Shown here: in pieces, positions 1 to 10,464 of the stretch
How the letters are laid out: each line of letters opens with the position of its first letter
Numbering within the stretch: the stretch's first letter is position 1
Assembly (NCBI RefSeq): GCF_001194135.2
Contig: NC_068994.1
Span: 6,567,731-6,631,730 of the forward strand
DNA from: Octopus bimaculoides
Lineage: Eukaryota
DNA: 64,000 nucleotides
Direction of reading: 5' to 3'
The notes under the pieces: model-generated
The model's input: the letters and a program-made list of their open reading frames with translations, nothing else
What the model was told of the DNA's origin: nothing
Database searches by the model: none
Program-made: the position numbers and the translations under genes

Positions 1-925
1 CACCTCATATTATCTTTCTGTACCTCTCTTTCTCTCTCTCTACAATGTTAAGTATGCTTAGAGAAATCAACCAACAAACATTTATCTTTGCTACTATCCT
101 GTAGACATTATTAGGTATGCAGCTAACGAGCTCATAGGGTGGCGTATAAAATACTTCAGTGTTTTTAATGCAATTTCTGAGTTTGAATCCCATCATTCCA
201 TTGTTGATAAAACAAGGCATCATTCAATTACTAAGGTCAATATAATCAATTGTTGCTGCTCTCCCTAAAATTTCAGGCCTTGTGCTTATGTTGGAAGCAA
301 TTCTGAAGAGTGATGAAATGGCAAATTCATTCGAGCATTGGACAAAATGCCTTCTAGCATTTTTTTTTTTTTTTTGGCTCTTTTCGTTCATCATTTACTT
401 TTTCATACCTGCATGGGTCAGACAGAGTTTATTGAGGCAGATTTCTACAGCTGGATGCCCTTCCTGTTGCCAACCCTCACCTGTTTCCAAGCAAGGTAAT
501 ATTCTCCCATGGCCAGACATGTTTCTGCAGAATATTGAAAATGAATGATATTCATTTACAACAATCTATGCAATGTCAAGACAAGGAGACACACACACAC
601 ATGACAGGCTTCTTTCAGTTTCCATCTACAAGATCCACTCACAAGGCTTTAGTTAACTCAGGGCTATAGTGGAACACTCGCCCTAGGTATCATGCAGTGA
701 AATTGAACCCAAGACCATCTGGTTAAGAAGGAAATTTCTTAACCATATAGCTACCTCTGCATGTATGGTTAATTTTGCCTTTTATCCTTTCAGGGTTAAC
801 AGAATATGTATGAGTCGAGCACTGTGGTTGATTTGATCAACTTAACCCCTTGCCTATAATCATTGACCTGGTGCCAAAATTTGAAACCACCACCACCACC
901 ACCATCATCTTCATCATCATCATCA

Positions 926-1120
926 AGGCGGTGAGCTGGCAGAATTGTTACCTTGCTGGACGAAGTGCTAAGTGGTATTTCGCCCATTGCTACATTCTGA
1001 GTTCAAATTCCGCCAAGGTTGTCGACCTTACCTTCCATCCTTTCGAGGTTGATAAAATAAGTACCAGTTGAACACTGGGGGTCGATGTAATCGACTCATC
1101 CCCACTTCTCACCCCCAAGC
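926..1120 (+). mobile_element. tRNA-derived SINE, family A (core GAGTTCAAATTCCGCC...TTTCATCCTTTCGGGGTCGATAAA...GTACCAGT). Other copies at ~8440-8660, 12770-12950, 15840-16030(-), 23704-24130 (tandem pair), 36285-36500, 37620-37760, 46625-46740(-), 54780-55170
   Basis: The same ~190-bp sequence recurs many times in both orientations in the window and has a B-box-like GAGTTCAAATTC. Family name not assigned. Confidence 0.8.
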
Positions 1121-1148
1121 TGCTCTTGTGGAAAAAAAAAAAATTTGA

Positions 1149-1189
<41 letters not shown>

Positions 1190-1212
<23 letters not shown>

Positions 1213-1358
1213 GTTTAACGTCCACTTTCCATGCTAGCATGGGTTGGACGGTTTGACTAAGGACTGGTGAAACCAGATGGCTACACCAGGCTCCAATCTG
1301 ATTTGGCAGAGTTTCTACAGCCGGATGCCCTTCCTAGCGCCAACCACTCAGAGTGTAG
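1190..1358 (-). mobile_element. Retroposon family C ending in a (GAT)n tail (core GGAAGGGCATCCAGCTGTAGAAAC). Other copies at ~13490-13660, 17918-18110, 27230-27418, 29172-29539, 32170-32424, 33540-33757, 45330-45612, 57330-57790
   Basis: Near-identical copies throughout the window with variable 5' truncation and a common CGTTAAACGATGATGATG end. This pattern fits a LINE-mobilised SINE or LINE 3' end. It is the source of the recurring spurious [27 protein letters not shown]. Confidence 0.8.
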
Positions 1359-1705
1359 TAGTAATAATAATAATTATTATTATTATGAATATTTCATTCA
1401 TTTCACATTAAAATAGAGTTGTTGTTGTCGTTATCTAGTTTCCCCATCAACTCTAATTAAGCAGACTCAAGACCAAGGCCATTCAACCATTAACCATCCT
1501 GTATTTTTTTTCATTTGGACATTTGTATATAACAGGCTTTATAGATTTTTTTTTTTTTGTTCATAAAGCAGTAGTGTGGTTTGAGGCTTGGCTGCTATGT
1601 CTAGCAGGTTAAGTGAGCACAAAGTGCCTCAATAAAAGAGAATAAGTGTTTTCAATGTAGGTCAAGTGAAGTGTAAGGAATTTGTTGTTTGTGTGTATTT
1701 GTATG

Positions 1706-1746
<41 letters not shown>

Positions 1747-2718
1747 CAAGGATCCAGATGAGTAATGCAGTGCTTCTACAGTTAATGATAGTGAAGTGGT
1801 GGTGTTGGTGGTAGCAGTGGCATGTGTGTGTGTGTGTGTGATTATTATTGGAGGGTAGCAGTGGCTTCATGTTAAGACATGCATAAATACTGTTTCAATG
1901 TCGAGTGTATGTGCGTGTATCTATCTATCTATCTATCTATCCATCTTATCTGTCAGGCCGGCTTGTCTGTCTGTCTCTATCTGTTCTGTGTGTATTTTTC
2001 TTTCTGTTTTTCTGTAAATTCCATTGTCATTCGCTTGTGCCTCAGCAGTGTGGTAAGAAGCTTGCTTCCCAACCGCATGGTTCCAGGTTCAGTCCCGCTG
2101 CATGACACCTTGGGCAAGTGTCTTCTACTATTGCCTCAGGCCGACCAACGGCTGTGCGGGTGGATTTGGTAGACGGAAACTGACAGAAGTGGTCAAGACA
2201 CATAAAAGTAAACAAAAATGTATGCTGATTTTTGTTTATTTTTATGGGTCTTGACCACACGTGTACTGATGAATAAAAGATGTAGTTTACAACGTTGATT
2301 ATGAAACCAGTGGTTTACCGTTAAGTTAAAAGCTTTTAGGAGGTTAGCTTTGAAAGTTGCATTCCCTCGCGATCGGTAAAAATGTGCTTATTTTAGTAGT
2401 TTTGATTTATGGAGTCCCTCTAAGCGTGAGGCATTATTGTATAGTAATACCCTTATATAAATTAAATCATACATATTTATGGGAAAAAATGATGGGTTTT
2501 TTTTTCTTTATGAGGTTTTTTCACGCTAACTACTTGATAAATTCTTATAAAGTATTTATCCTAATATTATATTATGTATATTCACATTAAAGTAAATTAT
2601 ACAGAATGGTATTTTGAAATAATGCTGCTTCCATTACTTAATGACAAATGAAATCTTCTTTGGCGTTTGTCATGGCGCTTATGGCGAATGTTATAAATTT
2701 GATTTTCTTTTATTTTAG

Positions 2719-5700
2719 GTCAAGTACTGTGTATTGAACGAGGAAATATGAGCTGCTGCCTGTGGATCCATCCAATTCCGATTTTGAAACCTGTTGAGGA
2801 TGGAAAACAAACGTATCATGGAATATATATATATATAACAACTACTGACTGACTTTAAATATCCTGTTCAGAAAGATAATCTGCAAATATTAATTTACAT
2901 CGATTCCAGTTATTATACAGTCTTGTATATCTCGAACTTATCCCTCAGAGTTGCCTCCAGATTGCCTGAAATTTGATTTTTTTTTTTTTTGTTTTATATA
3001 TCATTTACAATTCTTGTTATCACTCTTTAAAAAATATTTTACAAATATTGAGTGAAATATTTTGTCTCTTATGAATGACTGGTTTAAATTGGAAAATGAT
3101 GGAGAATGAAGCAAAGATTGTATTTAGTGATGTTACTAGTGAGCAGATTCTGAACAAAGACAATCCATCTGAAGCAAATGAGGCTGAAGAGCAACCTCTT
3201 CCACGTGACTTTGTTCTGAGAAAAGAGAATTTGTCTGAGAGAAATGTAACTAAAGAGAGACCCTTCCCCTATGACTTTGTTCAGAACGCAGATAACCCTT
3301 CTGAGGGCACTAAGACTGGAGAAAAACCTCTGCCTTATGGCTTTATTCCAAACAGAAATTACTCATCTGAGGGAAATGAGACTGATGAAAAACCTCTCTC
3401 CTATGACCTTGTCTTAAACAGAAATAATCCATCTGAAAGAAATGAGGTTGAAGAAAAACCTCTCGCTTATGGCTTTGTTTCAAACACAAAAAATTCATCG
3501 GAAGGAAATGAGACTGAGGGGCAACATTCCCCACGGGACTTTGTTCTGTACACGGATAACTCATCTGCAGAGACTGAGTCGGAAGAGCAACCTGTTCCTC
3601 ATGACTTCGTTCTGAACAAAGACGATTCATCTGAGGTGAATGAGACTAAAGAAGGACCTCTTGCCTCTGATTTTGTTCCAAACACAAATACCTCAACCGA
3701 AGGGGTTGAAACTGAAGAAAAATCTCTCCCCTGTGACTTGGTTCTGAACACAGATAATCCATCTGGGATTAAGTCGTCATCTGAGGGGAATCTGACTGAA
3801 GAAAGGGCTTTTCCTTATGGCTTTGTTCTAAACACAGGTAACTCATACGGGGTCAAGTCATCTGAGCGGAGTGTTACTGAAGAAAAATCTCACCCTTATA
3901 GCTTTGTTCTAAACACAGGTAACCCATCTGGGGTTAAATCATCTGAGGGGAACCTGACTGGAGAAAAATCTCACCCTTATAGCTTTGTTCTAAACACAGG
4001 TAACTCACCTGGAGTGAAGTCATCGGAGGGGGATATGTCTGAAGTGCGATCTCTCCCTTACAGCTTTGTTCTAAACACAGATAACCCATCTGGGGTTAAG
4101 TCATCTGAAGGGAGTGTGACCGAAGAAAGGTCTCTACCTTACGGATTTGTTCTGTACACAGGTCACTCATCCATGGGGAATGAGTCTAACATGGCACCCC
4201 TTCCCTATAGCTTTGTTCTGAACACAGACATTTCATCTGAGGGGAGCGAGACCAAAGAGGGGTCACTCACCTGTGACCCTTCAACTGGAGTGAATAAAAT
4301 CGAAGGGAAACCTCTCCTATGTGACTTTGTTATGAACACGGCTAACTCGTCTGAAGTAAATGATATGGACGAGAAAATTTTCCTTTGTGACTTCTGTGGT
4401 GAATCCTTCGACGTTTACATCAACCTTTCTGCACACAAACAGTTACACACAGGTGGTAGACCATTCCATTGTGAAATTTGTGATAAGAACTTTTCTACTT
4501 ATGAAAGCCTCTCTCGACATATACGAATACATACAGGAATAAGGCCGTATGTTTGCGAGATTTGTAGCAAAACGTTTTCTGAAAGTAGTCACCTCTATAA
4601 GCACCATCTCGTACACACAGGTGAGAAACCTTACCATTGTGAAATTTGTGGGAAAGCATTTTCTCAAAGTGGCACCTTGTGTCGCCATCGACTGATACAT
4701 ACCGGGGAGAAACCGTATCGCTGTGAAACTTGCGGTAAATCATTCTCTCGGAACAGTCATTTATCAACCCACCGATGGATACACACTGGAGATAAACCAT
4801 TCTATTGCGAAACGTGTGGGAAATCTTTCTCGACAAACTCGGCATTATTGGCACACAAAAGAACTCACACGGGGGAAAAGCCTTTCCGTTGTGAAACATG
4901 CGACAAAACATTTTCAACTAATTTTGCATTATCGTTGCATATACGGGTGCACACAGGCGAGAGGCCATATCACTGCGAAATTTGCGACAAGTCCTTTTCC
5001 ACAAACTCCACGTTATCTTCACATCGTCGGACACACACCGGAGAAAAACCATACCATTGTGAGACATGCGGTAAATCTTTCTCGACGAGCTTCGCATTAT
5101 CTTTGCACCGACGAGTTCACACGGGGGAAAGACCTTACCGTTGTGATCTTTGTTCCAAAACATTCTCCACCAATTCTACCTTGTCTTCACATAAACGAAC
5201 GCACACTGGTGAGAAACCTTTCCACTGCGAGATCTGTGGTCATTCCTTCGGTCAGAAATACACGTTATCTGTTCACAAACAAATCCACAACAGAGAAAAC
5301 AACAACAGTAATAGCAATAATAATAATGATAATAATAGTAATAGTAATAATAATAATAATAATAATGATAATAGTAATGATAATAGTAATGATAATAATA
5401 ATGATAATAATAATAATAATAATTTCTGTGAAATTGTACAACAAATAAACAAATAAATAAAGCATGGGAATATCATTTATATGGACGGGGAGGCATTTCA
5501 GTGAATCACTTCATAAATTCCAAAATATTTACACAGAAAGATTTGTGTAAGTATTTGTATATGATATACACTCACACAGACAAAGTAATAAAAAAAACAA
5601 ACAAAATCAAATTGGTATGAGTTTTAATTGTCATTAATCTTTGTATTTTATGTCATCAAAGATTCACGAGCTACACACACTCATAGGTATGTATGTGTAT

Positions 5701-5861
5701 CTATATATATATATATATATATTAATGAGGGTAGAAATTGATATTAATCAATTAAAACCAGTGGTCTAGCATATTAAAAAAAATCCGAAGATTAAAATTA
5801 TATTACATACAAAAATAAGAGGAATGACCAGCAAAAGTGGACTCCTGTATGCTAGAATGTG

Positions 5862-5893
<32 letters not shown>

Positions 5894-5982
5894 TATACAT
5901 ACACACACACACATACTGTTTGTATTATTAATTATCCATACATTTTCATGCTTTTGACAATTTCTCCCTCTGACTTTGTGTG

Positions 5983-6014
<32 letters not shown>

Positions 6015-6618
6015 ATTGCTTCATCTTGACGGATGGTAGCCATTTCAATTAGTTTACATCATCTCGACAATCTCCCATACGTCCGTGTGCTCCGAGAAGC
6101 GTCACAAGCTTTAATAGAGAGACACGATGAGCCGGACAAAACGAGACATCTGTACATCATTGGATTCAAGTGATACACACTTGTACAACACATATCCCAC
6201 TCTTTCTCTCTCCCCCCTCCATCCCTCTCTATCTATCTATCTATCTATCTGTCTCTATCTCAGTATCGGTAACTGGAATCCAGTGAATAACAAACATTGC
6301 AAGATGACTGGCAGCTACTTCAACTGCAGGTTTGATTTCAGAGTGCCTTCTCTTAGAATTTACCCATCAATGGGCACCCGTAAAGCAGCAGGGTTTTGAA
6401 AGAAGCACGTTTGCACAGAACTGGGTGGCTGTTGCTTGTTTTTTTATCGTATGGGTTGTCCAAAAACCACCCTTCTCATCAAGCCTGCTTGGTGGGCTTG
6501 CCAATTTAGTCACCAATGACCCAACCATGCAACAAGTTGTAATGGGGTTACATGTTAACAGTAGCACTCAAAAAAGATCTGACAATATGTGTGTGTATAC
6601 ATCTATATATATTTGTGC

Positions 6619-6696
<78 letters not shown>

Positions 6697-7812
6697 GACA
6701 TGGAAAGAATAAAAGCTCCATTGAAGAATAAAATTGTTTTATACAGAATCCATTATTGATTTGTGAGAATTTTTTTTAAGTATTACAGCCATTTTGGAAC
6801 TAACAAACATTTTTTGCAGAAGTAAGGAATCTACTGTTATATGGCATTATAAAAGTAAAAGAAAGAAAAGGATTATCTGCTAAAATGTTATTTCTGATGC
6901 CAAAGTGCTATTTTCCAAAAGTCTTTGATTGATTTGGTGATGATTCCTACATTTCAGCTGGAGATACCACAAACACACACATGCCCTCAGGCACATTTTT
7001 GCCACTTAGTACAAATGTTGATTTGGAATTGGTCAAACAACATTCATTGTTGTTATAATTTATCCTTAACATTCCTTTTTTCACTTCATTAACCCTTTTG
7101 TTACCAACCCAGCTGAAACCGGTTCTGGCTCTGAGTACAAATGTCTCGTTTTCACAAGTTTTGAATTAAAATCTTCCACCAAACCTTAGTTACAATCCTA
7201 ACACTAGTTTAATGATAACTAAGTTATTTTACTAAATTCTTTATTATATTTAAAGTAATTGAAAATTTCAAAATAAATATAGTAACGAAAGGGTTAAACA
7301 CTATACATTCATTAATGGCCTCTTGTGCATTTTTACATTCGGTAAGCGAAGTAATTGTCGTGGCCAATACCAGTACTGTCTGGACTGGCACCCATGTTGG
7401 TGGGACAAAAAACACCATTCGAGTGTGGTCGATGCCAGTACCGCTTGACTGGCTCCTGTGCTGGTGGCATGTAAAAAGCGCCATTCAGGCATGGTCATTG
7501 CCAATGTTGCTTGACTGGCTCCTGTGCCGATGGCACATTAAAAGCATATGTATATATATATATATATATATATAAACACATACACGCACATATTACTCTT
7601 TTACTTGTTTCAGTCATTTGACTGTGGCCATGCTGGAGCACTGCCTTTAGTCGAGCAAATCGACCCCAGGACTTATTCTTTGTAAGCTTAGTACTGATTC
7701 TATCAGTCTGTTTTGCCAAACCGCTAAGTTACGGGGACGTAAACACTCCAGCATTGGTTGTCAAGCGATGTTGGGGGGACAAACACAGACACACAAACAT
7801 ATACACACATAC

Positions 7813-7844
<32 letters not shown>

Positions 7845-9639
7845 CGACGGGCTTCTTTCAGTTTTTGTCTACCAAATCCACTCACAAGGCCTGAGGCTAT
7901 AGTAGAAGACACTTGCCCAAGGTGCCACGCAGTGGGACTGAACCCGGAACTATGTGGTTTGTCAGCAAGCTACTTACCGCACAGCCACTCCCGCGCCTAT
8001 ATGTATATGTATGTAGATATATGTACAAACATGCATATACACTGAATTATAGGTATTCTGAAACACAAATGTCAGCAGGCTTTCGTTGTATAAACACGAG
8101 TGTCATGGAAAGGGGAGGCTTGCATGTACAGACAATTGCCAGTCTTCCTCGAAAGAAATCCTGCCCAGACTTGCACATACACGCACTGATACATGACCAA
8201 CTTTGACTGGGAGGGCCTTGTTAAAATGTACACAGAAGAAACACAAACTTTTGTTGATTCACAGCTTGTGTAAAGAAAGCAATTATCGTGTCTACTGATG
8301 TGTGTTGAGCTTATGTTTTTTACTATTAATCCATAAACCATCGTCTTTCATTTGTGTCATTTGATATTATTCTGTTATTAAAACAGTGGATTGACAGAAT
8401 AATTAGAGCACGGGACAAAATACCTTTATGGTATTTAGTCAATACTCTCTATGTTGTGAGTTCAAATCTCGCCAACATCAACATTGTCTTTCATCTTTTT
8501 TGCAGGTGGTAGGGAGCAATAAAATTAGTACCAGTTGAGCACTGGGGTTGATATTCCAAGTTCAAATCCCGCTAAGGCTAACTTTGCCTAGTACCAGTTA
8601 AGCACTGGGGTTGGTGTTCTCACTTCAAATCCTACCAGGAACAACTTTGTCTTTCAGCCTTTCCAAGTTGAAAGTTACTGGGTAATTTCAATAGTGCTGG
8701 TATCATGAAAAATGTAACCAGTACATGCCGTAAAGTGGTAGACCTTAGCAAGAATATTCAGCCACAGAAACGATGCAAAAATAGAAGTTGGGACCTGATG
8801 CAGCTCCAACCCAAACCAGAATGGGAAATAGATGTCAAATGCTGATAACATTTATATGTTCTTCATTGCTATCAGTGGTTCTCAACCAGGGTCCAAATAA
8901 CAATTTTGGGGGTCCACGCAATGATATAGTAAGTTGAGGATCCACAACAGTCTTTTAAGGGCCCCTAAAAAAAATTTCATTTTAGATGTATGTTTGGTGT
9001 GTATTGCAAGAAACAGCTGGGTTTCTTTCTCTAAACATTTTTACATAGTTCAACCTAAAGTGTGAAAAAAAAAAAAAGGAATTTTGAAAAAAAGTTTCTA
9101 TAAAACTAGTTTTTAAAGATCAAATGGCTATGGGGGTCCCCCAGGATAAGATAGTAATCAAAGGGGTCCATAGAAAAAAACTGGTTGAGAACCTCTGGAT
9201 TAGATGTGTATAGTACTGAGGCATTGTTTAATAGCTGGATGCCCTGCCTGTCACTAACTCTTGTTTCTGCAAGTAAGGGATCCCTTATTCCATATGTCTT
9301 TGAAGGTAGAAAGTCAATGTTTGATTTGTTGATAGAAGACATGATGATAGTATATATATATATAAAGGTTATGAAGGGTATTGGAGTCAACTAAACCCTA
9401 AAGGTACATATATATAAATGAAAGAACCAGGGATCAAGGTGTAGGAAGAAAGTTAGCTTCAAGCAATCTGTAGTAAATATACAAAAATAACTTTCAAGGA
9501 CAATAGTGGTTTATTGAGATGGAAGGCTGTGGATATTTTCTGTATCAAAGAACAATAAGCTGGAAAACGTTCTTTTTATATCTCATAGGTAGGCAACCAG
9601 GTGTGCAAAGAAGAATACAAGAATTACGGAATGGAGAAG
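2719..9639 (+). CDS. Putative multi-exon uncharacterised protein with HIT-like motifs (partial). Candidate exons 2719-2812, 6053-6169, 6264-6329, 9601-9639
   Basis: AG/GT-bounded exons with matching phases (1-2, 2-2, 2-2, 2-2). Joined translation: QVLCIERGNMSCCLWIHPIPILKPVEDGKQTLHHLDNLPYVRVLREASQALIERHDEPDKTRHLYIIGFNIGNWNPVNNKHCKMTGSYFNCRCAKKNTRITEWR. Some donors are weak (GTGATA, GTATCA). Start and stop not located. Confidence 0.45.
3075..5456 (+). CDS. C2H2 (Kruppel-type) zinc-finger protein, 793 aa: N-terminal tandem repeats, 11 fingers (4380-5288), poly-Asn tail
   Basis: Uninterrupted ORF with 11 CxxC-x12-HxxxH units joined mostly by TGEKP/TGERP-type linkers. AATAAA overlaps the stop codon. 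Confidence 0.95.
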   Translation: MTGLNWKMMENEAKIVFSDVTSEQILNKDNPSEANEAEEQPLPRDFVLRKENLSERNVTKERPFPYDFVQNADNPSEGTKTGEKPLPYGFIPNRNYSSEGNETDEKPLSYDLVLNRNNPSERNEVEEKPLAYGFVSNTKNSSEGNETEGQHSPRDFVLYTDNSSAETESEEQPVPHDFVLNKDDSSEVNETKEGPLASDFVPNTNTSTEGVETEEKSLPCDLVLNTDNPSGIKSSSEGNLTEERAFPYGFVLNTGNSYGVKSSERSVTEEKSHPYSFVLNTGNPSGVKSSEGNLTGEKSHPYSFVLNTGNSPGVKSSEGDMSEVRSLPYSFVLNTDNPSGVKSSEGSVTEERSLPYGFVLYTGHSSMGNESNMAPLPYSFVLNTDISSEGSETKEGSLTCDPSTGVNKIEGKPLLCDFVMNTANSSEVNDMDEKIFLCDFCGESFDVYINLSAHKQLHTGGRPFHCEICDKNFSTYESLSRHIRIHTGIRPYVCEICSKTFSESSHLYKHHLVHTGEKPYHCEICGKAFSQSGTLCRHRLIHTGEKPYRCETCGKSFSRNSHLSTHRWIHTGDKPFYCETCGKSFSTNSALLAHKRTHTGEKPFRCETCDKTFSTNFALSLHIRVHTGERPYHCEICDKSFSTNSTLSSHRRTHTGEKPYHCETCGKSFSTSFALSLHRRVHTGERPYRCDLCSKTFSTNSTLSSHKRTHTGEKPFHCEICGHSFGQKYTLSVHKQIHNRENNNSNSNNNNDNNSNSNNNNNNNDNSNDNSNDNNNDNNNNNNFCEIVQQINK
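3168..4379 (+). repeat. Coding tandem repeat, ~17-18 units of 22 aa (66 bp) or 27-28 aa (81-84 bp), consensus SEGNETEEKPLPYxFVLNTDNP(SGVKS)
   Basis: Read directly from the translation, e.g. SEGTKTGEKPLPYGFIPNRNYS and SEGNLTGEKSHPYSFVLNTGNSPGVKS. Confidence 0.9.
7093..7293. mobile_element. piggyBac-like MITE
   Basis: Bounded by TTAA (7089-7092 and 7294-7297) with imperfect TIRs CCCTTTTGTTACCA / TAGTAACGAAAGGG. A related decayed copy lies at ~56030-56270. Confidence 0.65.
7594..7998 (-). mobile_element. tRNA-headed SINE, family B, near full length
   Basis: Reverse complement of the 26347-26737 copy, with an internal (TA)n tract. Confidence 0.85.
8873..9197. mobile_element. hAT-Charlie-like MITE
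   Basis: TIRs CAGTGGTTCTCAACC / GGTTGAGAACCTCTG. No clean TSD. Confidence 0.7.
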
Positions 9640-10082
9640 GTAAGAGCTGCAAATGCCGAGAGAATAAAGCAAAAGACTTTAAATGCTGATTTTTCTGCGA
9701 CCAAAAATCCTTTAAGCTGGTACCTTAGCATGGCCGCAGTCCAATGACTGAAATAAGTAAAATGATTTTTAGAAATTTAAAAAAATAGCGAGGGATTATA
9801 AAAAGAAATTTCAAGAGATTTGGCTGTTATTTCTAGCGTGTGGAGATACCTTCTAGACTTAGCTTCATGCGATGGTTGAAAATCATTTGAAAAAAATTCT
9901 GGGGTTGTTGTATTCGACTAAAAATTCCTCAAAGTGGTGCTCCAGCATGGCTGTAGTCTAATAACTAACAAGTAAAAGGTGAAAAAAATAATCGAAAAAT
10001 ATAACCGTGGGGCTTTGTCTTACACTCCAATTTATAACAGATAGAAATACCATCGAACTACTTAAAAAAATAAACTAAAAAA

Positions 10083-10464
10083 GGTACTCATGAAGAAGAG
10101 CGTACCCAAGTTTTTAAAATGAAATAAAATGTTATTCAAAAGTAAACCATTCCGAAAGATGTTTTAGAATGTTCTGAAAACACTCATCCCCGGTTTTCCC
10201 ATATTTCTCTCTCCAAAGAAACTCACCTTGATGGGATTCAATCATATTTGTTTGTATTCCCATCATACTTTTCAATCTGCGTTTATATAATCCAACACAT
10301 TCTTCTTCAAAAACTCTGAATGTATGGTAAAATATCATAAAACATTTTAAATAACAATAAATCGAATTATACCGAAATGAGTAACGCATTATTTCAAATT
10401 CAAAATTGTTTTATTTTCCACTTTCTTAATGTCTGGCGTGGGTCCTCTCTTCTCCATGAGTACC
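10083..10464 (-). mobile_element. Merlin (IS1016/ISXO2-like) internally deleted DNA transposon, 382 bp
   Basis: 28-bp TIRs starting GG, 24/28 identical (GGTACTCATGAAGAAGAG... vs GGTACTCATGGAGAAGAG...). The internal minus frame KRRLKSMMGIQTNMIESHQGEFLWREKYGKTGDECFQNILKHLSEWF resembles the Merlin transposase C-terminus (EF[ML]WR motif, recalled). No TSD seen. Confidence 0.7.

Noticed and set aside
105-235. Possible further upstream exon (IIRYAANELIGWRIKYF...) of the HIT-like gene
   Set aside because: Ends in phase 0 while the next exon needs phase 1, and no linking exon was found.
4723-5448. Alternative-frame and antisense ORFs over both ZNF genes (also 61697-63874 minus)
   Set aside because: Shadow ORFs of repetitive zinc-finger codons.
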